IMG/VR virus record: IMGVR_UViG_3300037722_000331
Location: 1-42,056 of that record
Origin: a virus
Taxonomy: Duplodnaviria; Caudoviricetes
Direction: 5' to 3' (one strand)
Length of the DNA: 42,056 nucleotides
A model generated the notes under the pieces. It was given only the letters and a program-made list of their open reading frames with translations, was not told the DNA's origin and made no database searches. Shown one piece after another: positions 20,138 through 29,484 of this stretch (position 1 is the stretch's first letter; each line of letters opens with the position of its first letter). Made by a program: the position numbers and the translations under genes.

Positions 20138-22003
20138 ATGGCATTCCTTTCAAGAACTGAAACAGTCAGCGATGGCGTCACGGCAACCTTCTCTGTTGGG
20201 TTCCCGTTTCTGGATAGAACGCATGTCCAGGTCTTCACTACTCCGGCCGGCGGCACAATTGCTGTGGCGTATACGGGCGTAGTGACTTTCGTCAGCGATG
20301 CCCTTGTGAGTCTCAATCCGATCCCTGCAAACGGTGTCCTGGTCTCTGTACGTAGGGCTACTCCAAACACAGGGCTGGTCATCACCCTCACCGCACCTAG
20401 CACGTTCTCTGCCGCTGAGAACAATCTCGTGTTCACCCAGCTTCTATACCTCGCTCAGGAGGCGACTGACGCGGGCACAGACCTCACAGCCGCCGGCATC
20501 GTGATCGTCCCTACTGGCAGCTTTGGGCTAGGGTCTGCGGCGTCGCCTAGCATGACATTCATAGGAGATACCGATACTGGTATCTTCTCACCATTAGCTG
20601 GCAAAATTGCAATTACTGCTGATGGGCTGGAGAATTTCAGGTTTCAACGGAACGGCGTGAATAGAGAGTTCGGTTCAGCCAATCTGATTGACAACCTGAT
20701 CGGCGGCCAGCACGCGGCCGACTTCATGCACAATGGGGACAAGACCTACCTGCGTTCCTTGATTATCACTGAGTCTGGCGACACTGCCGATCTTGCAATT
20801 CGCCGTGTTAACGGGACTTTGTCAGCACCAACGCCACTGCTCCTCGATGAGCTTGAAGGGGTCTTCTACTGGCAACCGTGGCTAGGCGATCCTCGCGGAT
20901 GGGGAACTGGTATATCGCCGGCAGAGGGGCGCTCTGCGATGCTGTTTTCCAGGTCTACCGAGCCCAACGCCACAAGGGGAGCCCCTGACTATTTCTCCGG
21001 TGGAAACTTCGTGATGGGCGTGACGCGACACGGTCAACATACTATTCAGGAGCGCGTCTGGGTTAATCACGATGGCTCTATGGTCATCGCCGGCAATGCT
21101 CGCGAACCAAACGGATTGGTGGACTCCACCAGTGTAAACGGCTTGGCTAACCAGAAGGCTTTCGTGGATATTTACGTCCCGGATGAAACATCGCGGCCAT
21201 TCCTAGGGTTCCGGCACGATGATGACATTTCGGAGGGTTTCTATCTCCGAATGAACCAGGGAAACAACGAGCTTTCAGTAGCCCGCAGCATAGAGGACGT
21301 GCTGACAGAAATCGCACGGCTTACTGGCGACGGGCTGCGTATAAAGCAGGACATCTATATCCTGAATAACAGCGCTGCGATTGCCGGGCTGGGTAATGTG
21401 TCCATCTTGAGGCGAAGCACCGCAACGGGAGACCTTGAAATTGTCGCCTCTGGCAATGTGGCCGGACGGCGGGTCATCATTGAGAAGAAGGCCGGCGATG
21501 GGGACATTATTGTCGGGACGAACGGTACAGAGATTAAAGGATGGGTGACCAAACCCGGCAATCCAGCGGCCCAGGCTGTCAAGACAGCGACACAGACCGA
21601 TGTCACTGGCGCGGGTGCCGTTGTCACAGTGCTGTTCGAGACAGAGACCTATGACCAGTCCGCCAATTACGATCCGGTTACAGGTATCTTCACGGCTCCG
21701 GTGACAGGCAAGTACAGGTTCTCCTCGACAGTAACGCTAGGAGGGCTAACCGCTGCGGCCAGTCGAGCAGTGATAAGTGCGGTCGGCACACCAAAGACGT
21801 TTTCCGCTGAGGGCGGCGATCCTCAGCCGGACGTTAACAGTCGCTTCACGCTGGAGATTTCAGGAACGATCCTGCTGGCTGCCGCACAGACGCTGAAAAT
21901 CCAGGTGGCGGTCGAGGGAGAAGCCACTGACGTAGTGGACATTCTGGGTGAGACGGCGATAGGTAACGCCGGCACCGCATTCAGCGTGGAGCTTATAGCA
22001 TGA
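20138..22003 (+). CDS. Tail fibre (gp17-like N-terminal anchor, C1q-like C-terminal domain)
   Basis: DG.T.TF...FPFL...HV.V, RRATP, N..FTQLLYLAQE; C-terminal YD..TGIFTAPVTGKY.F. Confidence 0.88.
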   Translation: MAFLSRTETVSDGVTATFSVGFPFLDRTHVQVFTTPAGGTIAVAYTGVVTFVSDALVSLNPIPANGVLVSVRRATPNTGLVITLTAPSTFSAAENNLVFTQLLYLAQEATDAGTDLTAAGIVIVPTGSFGLGSAASPSMTFIGDTDTGIFSPLAGKIAITADGLENFRFQRNGVNREFGSANLIDNLIGGQHAADFMHNGDKTYLRSLIITESGDTADLAIRRVNGTLSAPTPLLLDELEGVFYWQPWLGDPRGWGTGISPAEGRSAMLFSRSTEPNATRGAPDYFSGGNFVMGVTRHGQHTIQERVWVNHDGSMVIAGNAREPNGLVDSTSVNGLANQKAFVDIYVPDETSRPFLGFRHDDDISEGFYLRMNQGNNELSVARSIEDVLTEIARLTGDGLRIKQDIYILNNSAAIAGLGNVSILRRSTATGDLEIVASGNVAGRRVIIEKKAGDGDIIVGTNGTEIKGWVTKPGNPAAQAVKTATQTDVTGAGAVVTVLFETETYDQSANYDPVTGIFTAPVTGKYRFSSTVTLGGLTAAASRAVISAVGTPKTFSAEGGDPQPDVNSRFTLEISGTILLAAAQTLKIQVAVEGEATDVVDILGETAIGNAGTAFSVELIA

Positions 22004-22329
22004 TCGATATCATCGCCAAAAAGGAAAGTAGCGACGCATTCGACTACTTCAGCCGCATGGAAAGCAGGCTTACCTCTCTGGAAACGTCTCAAACGGCCGT
22101 GCGTGAAGACTTCAGGCGGCTTGAGGCCACGTTCAATGAGGGACTCAGAACGCTTGCGGCCTCGATTGAGAGCAGACGCCTGAGTGTATTCCAGGTATGG
22201 GCTCCCGTCATCGCCACGTTGGCCTTGATTGTCACTGTAGGGGGCTATATGATGGAGAGTGTCAAGACCGACATCGCAGCGGAGGCGGCTGCACGTATCC
22301 GCCTTGAAGACAGGCTACTGGCTGATTAG
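22000..22329 (+). CDS. Coiled-coil single-TM protein (possible lysis accessory)
   Basis: ATGA overlap; hydrophobic segment VWAPVIATLALIVTVGGY. Confidence 0.55.
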   Translation: MIDIIAKKESSDAFDYFSRMESRLTSLETSQTAVREDFRRLEATFNEGLRTLAASIESRRLSVFQVWAPVIATLALIVTVGGYMMESVKTDIAAEAAARIRLEDRLLAD

Positions 22330-22377
22330 CGCCAGCGAAGACAGGCTACTGATTGAAACACAAAGGACCGCAGACAA

Positions 22378-22752
22378 ATGACAGCCTTTACCCGTAAAAG
22401 CCCCGTGCTCAGAGAGGTGGATGTTCTTGAGTCCGCCCTGACTCCCGTGGCCACAGTGATTGAACTTCTCAACGATTTCAGACCGTGGGCTCCTCACGTG
22501 TTCGTTGGCGTTAGGTTCTTCGATGGCGCTGGTGCTGAAGTCGTACCTTCGGCCGGCACTGTCACCTACAACGTCAAGCCGATCACGACAGGCCAATACG
22601 AACCCCTCTCCGCAGGCAACGTCGCACAGGCGGCCACCCCAGAGACCAAGACGGTATCGGCTCCCCCTATTCTTGGGATCAAAGCTACCCCGTCCGGGAT
22701 CGTCGGCGCAGTCAATTATATTCTGACTGTCGCCATGTTCCTGCAAGCATAG
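22378..22752 (+). CDS. Hypothetical beta-rich, probably structural protein
   Basis: AAAGGA upstream; within the fibre cluster. Confidence 0.55.
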   Translation: MTAFTRKSPVLREVDVLESALTPVATVIELLNDFRPWAPHVFVGVRFFDGAGAEVVPSAGTVTYNVKPITTGQYEPLSAGNVAQAATPETKTVSAPPILGIKATPSGIVGAVNYILTVAMFLQA

Positions 22753-22764
22753 GAGTGCACAATA

Positions 22765-23205
22765 ATGGCCCTTCCTTCAGCGTTCCGAACCTCTCAATCC
22801 GATCCAGGTCCGGCAGAGTTCAACATCTTGGCGCAGGATACCACCGTAAAACCGGCCTTGTCCTTTCGTCAAGCAAATGACTCTTCGTTCGGCTACGACG
22901 TAGACCTTGAAGTCGCCAGTGTCGGAAGAATGGATTGGTTTCGGGTGGTCAGCGGCGCTCGGACGCTATTCATGTCGATCCTGCGAGCCTCTGGTAACGT
23001 GGGGATCGGAAAGACGCCGGACGCGGCGGCGAAGTTCGATGTCGAGGGCAGCATCAAGATCAAATCGTTTGCTAAGGCGGCTCTTCCATCGGCTGCGGCG
23101 GTAGGTCAAATGATCTACGTCTCCGATGATATTGGAGGGGCAGTCATTGCGTTCTCCGACGGAACAAACTGGCGGAGAGTAACCGACAGGGCAATCATAG
23201 CATGA
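22765..23205 (+). CDS. Short fibre-like protein
   Basis: AGGAG SD; GNVGIG fibre repeat; LPSA...G.MIYVSD...AFSDGTNWRR tip. Confidence 0.65.
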   Translation: MALPSAFRTSQSDPGPAEFNILAQDTTVKPALSFRQANDSSFGYDVDLEVASVGRMDWFRVVSGARTLFMSILRASGNVGIGKTPDAAAKFDVEGSIKIKSFAKAALPSAAAVGQMIYVSDDIGGAVIAFSDGTNWRRVTDRAIIA

Positions 23206-23609
23206 CCCTTCCTTCAGCGTTCCGCAGCGGGATCGAGGAAGTGCAGTGGCCGCCCGAGGCCGTTGGCATCGCTGTCTCTGACGAAACAACAGCACTGACA
23301 ACAGGGGTCGCCAAAATAACTTTTCGGATGCCCTATGCCTTCGATCTTTTAGGTGTACGTGCTTCATTGACGACGGCGCAAGCTACAGGGGCTATCCTTA
23401 CTGTCGATCTAAACGAGGGAGGGCTGTCTATCCTCTCGACCAAGCTAACCATCGACAACACCGAAAAGACCTCAGTCACAGCCCTGACTCCCGCTGCTAT
23501 CTCAGATACTGCTCTTGTTGATGATGCGGAAATCACCGTCGATGTTGACCAGATTGGTGATGGGACGGCTAAAGGTTTGAAGATTTGGTTGATTGGCAAC
23601 CGCACATGA
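23202..23609 (+). CDS. Fibre / decoration beta-sandwich protein
   Basis: SDETTALTTG..K.TFRMPYA...ITVDVDQIG...GLK pattern recalled from phage fibre modules. Confidence 0.6.
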   Translation: MTLPSAFRSGIEEVQWPPEAVGIAVSDETTALTTGVAKITFRMPYAFDLLGVRASLTTAQATGAILTVDLNEGGLSILSTKLTIDNTEKTSVTALTPAAISDTALVDDAEITVDVDQIGDGTAKGLKIWLIGNRT

Positions 23610-24301
23610 CTTTCATCCTAAATCCATTCCGTTTTTCGGCAGCAGCCCCAGGATTTCCGTCCGTTGAAGGAACGCAAACCACGCTCATTGAGTCGGGCGC
23701 AGGATCACATCTTGTCAATTTGCCGGCGGGAGTTGTTACCGGCGAGCTACTTATCGGGATCATAAGCCACAGCGGCGGCAGCGGAGACATTTTAACCACA
23801 CCTGCGGGATGGAGTCGGATAGTTTTCGGGAACAGTAACGGTGTCACACAAGCGGCTTACGCTCGCGTCGCTGATGGAGCTGAAGGGGCGCAGATCGATT
23901 TCGTGACGGCGACATTTACCCGTATCAATGCAATTGTTTACCGAATTAGCGGGCACAACGGCCTTACCGGCGTGGAGGCTGTGGCAACAACCGTTGGTTC
24001 TCCCAGTGAGTTTCCCGATCCCGCTCAACTCTCTGCCTCCTGGGGCGCGGCGGACACGTTGTGGATCGCATCGTGTGCGATTAACTTTGGGCAGCGACTT
24101 ACGCCGGGCGCTCCAGCGAATTACACCAACCTGATCGCGATGACCGCGCAGGCGAGCATTTCGTCGCGCCATTCTGCGGCTGTCGCGCAAAGGGCTTTCA
24201 ACGCCGCGTCCGAAAATCCAGGCTCGTTCGACTGGTCGCTCGACGCCAAGACGGCCAATGCCTGGATCGCGATGACAGTCGCCATCCGACCGGCCGCGTG
24301 A
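23606..24301 (+). CDS. Putative receptor-binding / fibre accessory protein
   Basis: ATGA coupling at 23606; FILNPFRF N-terminal motif, TPAGW, Ala/Gly/Thr-rich. Confidence 0.6.
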   Translation: MTFILNPFRFSAAAPGFPSVEGTQTTLIESGAGSHLVNLPAGVVTGELLIGIISHSGGSGDILTTPAGWSRIVFGNSNGVTQAAYARVADGAEGAQIDFVTATFTRINAIVYRISGHNGLTGVEAVATTVGSPSEFPDPAQLSASWGAADTLWIASCAINFGQRLTPGAPANYTNLIAMTAQASISSRHSAAVAQRAFNAASENPGSFDWSLDAKTANAWIAMTVAIRPAA

Positions 24302-24326
24302 AGTCCAAGAAAGGACCTATTTAGAC

Positions 24327-24575
24327 ATGACCACCCAACAAGACGATAATCCCGGCCACCAATTGATGAACCTTCTGGTGACGGCCATGATCCAGAAACT
24401 CAGCGATAAGGGCAGCGAAGTCGATGCTTCGACCCTCAATGTCATTCGCCTGTTCCTCAGCGACAATTCCATCACGCTGGCACACGTCAAGAAGGGCAAC
24501 TTTGGTCTGTTCGCCAAGGAGGTTGCTGAGGAGTTGCCTTTTGACGAAGACGACAACCGTGTGTTCCTTCAGTAA
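24327..24575 (+). CDS. Terminase small subunit (gp18-like)
   Basis: AS.LNVIR.FL.DN.I...ELPF pattern; near TerL. Confidence 0.85.
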   Translation: MTTQQDDNPGHQLMNLLVTAMIQKLSDKGSEVDASTLNVIRLFLSDNSITLAHVKKGNFGLFAKEVAEELPFDEDDNRVFLQ

Positions 24576-24595
24576 CCGATAAGGAGTAGCCTACC

Positions 24596-24799
24596 ATGAT
24601 CCCCTTTGAGTTCTATCTGCTTGTACTGCTGGCCTGGTCTCCCCTCGATCAGAAAGTTGTGGTGGACGCCGTGCCTGTCATCGATCTGGAGACCTGCCAA
24701 CAAGCTTCTGAGGCCGTCACAGCCTTTGCCAAGGAGAAGGGTCTCGAAGACATTCGCGTCTCGTGCGTCTCCTCCGCGAAGGTCGGCAAGACCGTTTAG
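24596..24799 (+). CDS. Hypothetical protein with hydrophobic N-terminus and two Cys
   Basis: TAAGGAG SD. Confidence 0.6.
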   Translation: MIPFEFYLLVLLAWSPLDQKVVVDAVPVIDLETCQQASEAVTAFAKEKGLEDIRVSCVSSAKVGKTV

Positions 24800-24820
24800 C
24801 TCAGCAAAGGTGTTCTGCCC

Positions 24821-25219
24821 GTGTCTAGGAACGATAGAGGCTGGATAGGTGTCGATTTCGATGGCACACTGGCGCGGCACTCTCCCGCCAAGAGAACCGT
24901 ATCTGAATACGCTCCTTATGAGCTAGGCGAGCCTGTGCCTATCATGCTGGAGCGTGTAAAAGAGTGGGTACGGCAGGGTAAAAAGGTGAGGATCGTCACT
25001 GCCAGGGTAGCGCCTCCCTACTATGGGGGCACCAAGAGGGAGGTCATTCGTGCTATCCACGAATGGTGTGCCGAGAATGGTCTTCCTTTCCTGCCAGTGC
25101 AGGCTCACAAGGATCAGGATATGGTCGCCTTGTGGGATGATCGCGCCATACAGGTTCAAGTGAACACAGGCCGGCGGCGCACTGAAGGGTGGGAACCCTG
25201 GCCTACCGGGGATGCTTGA
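24821..25219 (+). CDS. HAD-superfamily phosphatase-like protein
   Basis: WIGVDFDGTLA (DxD), IVTAR, K...LWDDRA. Confidence 0.8.
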   Translation: MSRNDRGWIGVDFDGTLARHSPAKRTVSEYAPYELGEPVPIMLERVKEWVRQGKKVRIVTARVAPPYYGGTKREVIRAIHEWCAENGLPFLPVQAHKDQDMVALWDDRAIQVQVNTGRRRTEGWEPWPTGDA

Positions 25220-25222
25220 CAA

Positions 25223-27031
25223 GTGAGCCGCAATCCGCGTATCGCCGGGTCTTTCAGGAACTTCCTCACCAAGACGTGGAGGTCTCTTGGCTTTGCTGAC
25301 CCTACACTCCTTCAGATGGACATGGCCGAGTGGATGCAATACGGCGGGGACCGCATCATCACTATGGGCTTCAGGGGGGCATCCAAAACCTACATCGCTA
25401 TTCCTTTCTGTCTGTGGACCCTCTACAGGGATGAGCAGCTAAAGGTTCTTAACACCTCCGCGACCGGCCGCTTCGCCTCTTCAAACGCGGCTTTCGCGTG
25501 GAAGATGATCAATACCTTCCCGTGGCTCTCCCACATGAAGCCCATGAAGGACCAGAAACAGTCAGCCCTTGAGTTCGATGTGGCGGGTGCCGAGCCCTCT
25601 AAGGACGCTTCCTTCGCATCGGAGGGCATCTTTGGACAGCTAACTGGGCGACGGGCCGATGTTATCCTTGCAGATGACGTGGAGACCCCTAATACCTCGG
25701 CTACGGAGGGCGCAAGAGAGGACTTGAGGGCTCGCATCAAAGAGTTCTCTGCGATCATCAAGCCGAATGGCAAGATTTTGTTCCTGGGGACCGCACAGCA
25801 TGAAGAAACTGTCTACCTGGAGAGGGAGTCGGTCGGGTTCTCCGTGCGCATCTGGCCCATCCTATATCCGGGGAAAGACGACAAGGGAGCCGAGGAAGCT
25901 CTGCGGTACGGTCACAGGCTAGCGCCGATGATCGGTAACGCCCTCAAAGACAACCCACTACTGGCCCATACTTCGACGGAACCTTCGCGGTTCACCGAAG
26001 AGGACATCGCACAGCGGCAAATCGAGTGGGGAAACACGGAATTTGATCGCCAGTTCCGTATGTTCCTCGATGCCGGGAAGACGACAGACAAGCCTCTTAA
26101 GCTGCGAGACCTCATGGTCATGGACATATCGCAGCCCGAGCCCGGTGAGAAGATCAAGCTACCTGCGTCCACTCAGTGGGTAACGCTTAAAGATCAACTT
26201 ATAAGTCCGCAGATTTCTACCGACTCCCTGACAGGCGACTCTCAGTTATTCGAGCCCGTTATCCCGACAGTGGAGCAGGCTGGCGGCCCTGTCTGGGTTC
26301 CTCCCGACTCTGTGTTCATGTGGATCGATCCCTCGGGAGAAGGCTCGGATGAAACCACGTGGACGATCACTGCGTTGCTGAGAGGCAAGGTCTTCATGCT
26401 GTGGCAGGGAGGAGACCGCAGGGGGTCATCCGAGCCGGTCCTCAAGCAGATCGCCGTCGATGCGAAGGCGTGGGGAGTGAACCTTGTGCAGGTAGAGTCC
26501 AACTTCGGGCAGGATATGATGGCGAACCTGCTCCAGCCTTATATGAAAGACATAGGGCATCCCTGCAAGGTGGAGCCTGTCTCTGCCGGGCGCGTTCAGA
26601 AAGAGGTCAGGATCATCGCCACGCTGGAGCCTGTCATGAGCACGCACAGGCTGATCGTCAATGCGGAAGTCCTGAGGCGGGATTTCAATATCGGATATTC
26701 GGACATAGAGGATGCCAGGAAGCGCTTCTACAGGCTCACCTATCAGTTGACGCGAGTGAGCAAGGTGCGGGGGTGCATCGCTCACGATGACCGCCTGGAC
26801 GGGCTATCAAGGGCTGTGGCGTACTACTCGGATGCCCTGCGGAAGTCCACCAAGGACGCTGAGGCGCAAATCAAGGCGGACGCCATGCAGGGGGAGATTG
26901 ACAAGCTGATCGAAACGCGAATAAAGCAAGGTCTCTATAGGCCGGAGAAGAGTTCGTTGGTGAAGAGAAAGAGTGTCGGCAACAGGCTGACTTCCTTGAT
27001 GTTTGCGAATAGAGGGAAAAAGGGGAAATGA
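25223..27031 (+). CDS. Terminase large subunit (gp19-like)
   Basis: GFRGASKT, GQLTGRRADVILADDVE, FLGT, IDPSGEGSDET, ESNFGQ, HDDRLD. Confidence 0.97.
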   Translation: MSRNPRIAGSFRNFLTKTWRSLGFADPTLLQMDMAEWMQYGGDRIITMGFRGASKTYIAIPFCLWTLYRDEQLKVLNTSATGRFASSNAAFAWKMINTFPWLSHMKPMKDQKQSALEFDVAGAEPSKDASFASEGIFGQLTGRRADVILADDVETPNTSATEGAREDLRARIKEFSAIIKPNGKILFLGTAQHEETVYLERESVGFSVRIWPILYPGKDDKGAEEALRYGHRLAPMIGNALKDNPLLAHTSTEPSRFTEEDIAQRQIEWGNTEFDRQFRMFLDAGKTTDKPLKLRDLMVMDISQPEPGEKIKLPASTQWVTLKDQLISPQISTDSLTGDSQLFEPVIPTVEQAGGPVWVPPDSVFMWIDPSGEGSDETTWTITALLRGKVFMLWQGGDRRGSSEPVLKQIAVDAKAWGVNLVQVESNFGQDMMANLLQPYMKDIGHPCKVEPVSAGRVQKEVRIIATLEPVMSTHRLIVNAEVLRRDFNIGYSDIEDARKRFYRLTYQLTRVSKVRGCIAHDDRLDGLSRAVAYYSDALRKSTKDAEAQIKADAMQGEIDKLIETRIKQGLYRPEKSSLVKRKSVGNRLTSLMFANRGKKGK

Positions 27032-27207
27032 ACATACACTGGACACTAGTTAGAAATGTATCCAAAGAACACACAACATGGGTGGCATATTATAAAGGCA
27101 TGGTCTGTCCTATTGACGCTTCTCATCCCGAGTGGTTGACAAGGAGGGGAAGGGCGCTTGCCAGGAGGTTGGCGAAGAACGCCTTTAAGAGTGGATGCAG
27201 AACGTAA
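27028..27207 (+). CDS. 59-aa hypothetical protein (not in ORF track)
   Basis: ATGA overlap with the terL stop and TAATG overlap with the next gene; MNIHWTLVRN... Confidence 0.55.
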   Translation: MNIHWTLVRNVSKEHTTWVAYYKGMVCPIDASHPEWLTRRGRALARRLAKNAFKSGCRT

Positions 27208-27413
27208 TGCCAAGCGGCAAATATGGCAGCATTTCGTGGTCAATTCACGGGGTGCCGAAGGGTTCTGCATTCAAGCAGACTCTGCGGGCCAGGGTAAGAA
27301 ATCGTGAAGTGACGATCCCTTTGCTCGATCCGTGGGCTTTGATGTCGGATGAGCAACGCATCCACACCCTTGAGGCTGTAAAGGCCAGTCTATGCCCACG
27401 CGAACCGCGATAA
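27207..27413 (+). CDS. Hypothetical protein
   Basis: TAATG coupling at 27207. Confidence 0.5.
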   Translation: MPSGKYGSISWSIHGVPKGSAFKQTLRARVRNREVTIPLLDPWALMSDEQRIHTLEAVKASLCPREPR

Positions 27414-27853
27414 CCATCAAGAGAACCGATAATGCGGCGCTTGTTCATCATCTCCACGAGAAGATATTCAAGATGGGGGCGGATTGGGAGACCGCCGATG
27501 CTTACTGGCTGGCGCTGGATCGCAGCAGAGAGGATAGCGCCGAGATCGGCTTTGCGGCTGCCCAGTATCTGCCACTGAGCCTGGAGACGGATTATGACCA
27601 ACCTGCGGTGTTCCTGCACAGGGTTGGAGTCTTTCCTGAGTACGCCGGCAAGGGTATACAGAGGCGGTTGATCCTGGCGAGGGAACGGTGGGCGATGAGG
27701 CAGGGTGCTACACTTGTAGTAACCTATGCGAGCCGTCATAACGAGCCCTCTATTGCGAACCTCTTAAGGATGGGCTATAGGTTTGCGGAGCCGTGGATAG
27801 GCTACTCGGCCAAGGAATGGGTGTTCTTTACGAAGGAGTTGGAGCATGTGTAA
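27392..27853 (+). CDS. GNAT acetyltransferase
   Basis: FLHRVGVFPEYAGKGIQRRL (motif A); N.PSIANLLRMGY (motif B). Confidence 0.88.
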   Translation: MPTRTAITIKRTDNAALVHHLHEKIFKMGADWETADAYWLALDRSREDSAEIGFAAAQYLPLSLETDYDQPAVFLHRVGVFPEYAGKGIQRRLILARERWAMRQGATLVVTYASRHNEPSIANLLRMGYRFAEPWIGYSAKEWVFFTKELEHV

Positions 27854-27998
27854 GAACGCTGTTAGAAGGCTGCTGGATGCGCTGCGGATATTCGTCGTGG
27901 TGCCGGTGGGCGTGATCCTCATTGCGGTGGCGTTCAGGTTTACCGCTGAAGTGTTGTATTTCGGGATACAACTTGCCGGGGTTGTAGGGCTGCTCTGA
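27846..27998 (+). CDS. 50-aa membrane protein (not in ORF track)
   Basis: AAGGAG upstream; MCKNAVRRLLDALRIFVVVPVGVILIAVAF...; very hydrophobic. Confidence 0.6.
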   Translation: MCKNAVRRLLDALRIFVVVPVGVILIAVAFRFTAEVLYFGIQLAGVVGLL

Positions 27999-28358
27999 CC
28001 TGAACAGCAAATTTTCTGGCCCATATCTCACACCCTGATATGTAGGGAGGAGGCAGCCCCCGCCCCCCTCGCCCCCTCGCGATCCTTATAGGGGGCCAGA
28101 TACGGCCTATTTCGCAGCGAGCGAGGCCGAGCTATCCCTAAGCCATTGATCTTGCTCATACATTCTAGCATTAGCGCTTAATCCTTATTAAACGCGGGGC
28201 GCTTAGTCTCTCTTTTTCAAAACCCTAGTTGGCGACTAGGGTATGCTACACTTGTAATACGTCCATCACTGCGTGGGCGTTTGTATTTTTTCTTTTGAGC
28301 CTATTGACAACGCCTAAGCGGGCCTATATATCAGGCGGGAAGCAAGAGGAAACCGACC
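27999..28358. other. Inferred physical genome end / terminal repeat region
   Basis: Non-coding gap between the post-terL genes and the early promoter; C-runs, palindrome ACCCTAGT-5-ACTAGGGT (28222-28242), T-rich tract. Confidence 0.65.
28304..28332 (+). promoter_or_regulatory. Sigma70-type early promoter
   Basis: TTGACA-N17-TATATC, T-rich UP-like tract upstream, GAGGA SD and ATG 28359 downstream. Confidence 0.75.
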
Positions 28359-28577
28359 ATGACCAAGTACGACATTCACTTTGCAGACGGGCGTGACGGC
28401 GAAACCAGCCTAAAACCTCTTTCGCGCGCCGCCGATGAATGGTTAAATGAACGCTTTGCGGTCATCACGTATGACCTAACGCGGGATCAAATGCTGGCGA
28501 TTGCGGCCGAAGCTTATAAAGCGGGTTTTAGAGTTAGAGGCGCGGGTCTCGCGATCCGCCGTTGCAGAAACCACTAG
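28359..28577 (+). CDS. First early gene, hypothetical
   Basis: GAGGA SD; ends 4 nt before repeat R1. Confidence 0.7.
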   Translation: MTKYDIHFADGRDGETSLKPLSRAADEWLNERFAVITYDLTRDQMLAIAAEAYKAGFRVRGAGLAIRRCRNH

Positions 28578-28581
28578 CCAA

Positions 28582-28630
28582 GTGACCGACTTACAGGGGA
28601 TCAATCATAGGTCCCTTGTTTGGCGATCAC
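28582..28630 (+). repeat. Structured intergenic repeat R1
   Basis: GTGA CCGA CTT ACAGGGGATC aatcata GGTCCCTTGT TTGG CGA TCAC. Confidence 0.95.
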
Positions 28631-28666
28631 GCCACAAAGAGCCACAAAGAAAGGAACACACGCGCA

Positions 28667-29140
28667 ATGAAAATCACCAATGATCTATTGCAAGCTAAGA
28701 ACCCTTGGAACCCTTGTGAAAGCGGGCTTGCCGCGTTTAATGCGGAATACCCAGACGGATTAGAATTGTCGGATTGGACCCTTGAACGCCAACTTACTCT
28801 TTTGAAAACGTCAAAGGTCTGCCGTCTCTATTTTGGGTGGGCGGTAAAGGTAGGCATAATTCCGGCATGGTCAATGGCTAGAGTAGACCTTAGCAATATT
28901 GACCTTAGCGGTGCGAACCTTAGCAGGGCGGACCTTAGCGGGGCGGACCTTAACATGGCGAACCTTAGCGGTGCGAACCTTAGCAGGGCGGACCTTAGCG
29001 ATGCGAACCTTATCGGGGCGAACCTTAGCGATGCGAACCTTATCGGGGCAAACCTTATCGAGGCGGACCTTAGCAGGGCGAACCTTAGCGGTGTGCGCCT
29101 TAGCGATGCGAACCTTATCGGGGCGGACCTTAGCGCTTAG
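28667..29140 (+). CDS. Pentapeptide repeat protein
   Basis: About 17 A(N/D)L(S/I)x repeats after an N-terminal domain; AAAGGA SD before ATG 28667. Confidence 0.93.
   Translation: MKITNDLLQAKNPWNPCESGLAAFNAEYPDGLELSDWTLERQLTLLKTSKVCRLYFGWAVKVGIIPAWSMARVDLSNIDLSGANLSRADLSGADLNMANLSGANLSRADLSDANLIGANLSDANLIGANLIEADLSRANLSGVRLSDANLIGADLSA
28884..29137 (+). repeat. 15-bp degenerate tandem repeats coding the pentapeptides
   Basis: Unit gcg(a/g)acctta(g/t)cnnn repeated. Confidence 0.9.
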
Positions 29141-29185
29141 TGACCAATTTTCAGGGGATCATCAGGTCCCCTGCTTGGTGTTCAC
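29140..29185 (+). repeat. Structured intergenic repeat R2 (most diverged)
   Basis: GTGA CCAA TTTT CAGGGGATC atca GGTCCCCTG C TTGG TGT TCAC. Confidence 0.92.
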
Positions 29186-29205
29186 ACGAAAAAAGGAGAC
29201 AAGAT

Positions 29206-29427
29206 ATGACAACCTTCGGTAAAAGAGTAGCGCGCCTCGCCCGCGATGCCAGACGTGACGCAATGTCGGATATTGCAGAAATTGAGCGGCGGGTTTATAT
29301 GGACGCCTTCGCGCGCTGCAAGCCTATCTCAATCGTGCCTTATGATCTTGCAAAAGCCGCCGCGCAAGTGACACCTAGGCATGATGTAGCGCAGCGGGCC
29401 GTCGTCGCAATACGCAAATCAAAGTGA
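29206..29427 (+). CDS. Early hypothetical protein (73 aa)
   Basis: AAGGAG SD; its TGA stop is supplied by R3. Confidence 0.75.
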   Translation: MTTFGKRVARLARDARRDAMSDIAEIERRVYMDAFARCKPISIVPYDLAKAAAQVTPRHDVAQRAVVAIRKSK

Positions 29428-29473
29428 CCGGCTTACAGGGGATCAATAGCATGGTCCCTTGTTTGGTGCTCAC
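29424..29473 (+). repeat. Structured intergenic repeat R3
   Basis: GTGA CCGG CTT ACAGGGGATC aatagcat GGTCCCTTGT TTGG TGC TCAC. Confidence 0.95.
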
Positions 29474-29484
29474 AAGAGAGGATA

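Noticed and set aside
20138-24301. Diversity-generating retroelement or invertible fibre cassette
   Set aside because: No reverse transcriptase, no TR/VR pair, and no inverted gene segments seen.
28178-28192. CtrA box near the early promoter
   Set aside because: It reads TTAA-N6-TTAA rather than N7, and is a single imperfect site in AT-rich DNA.
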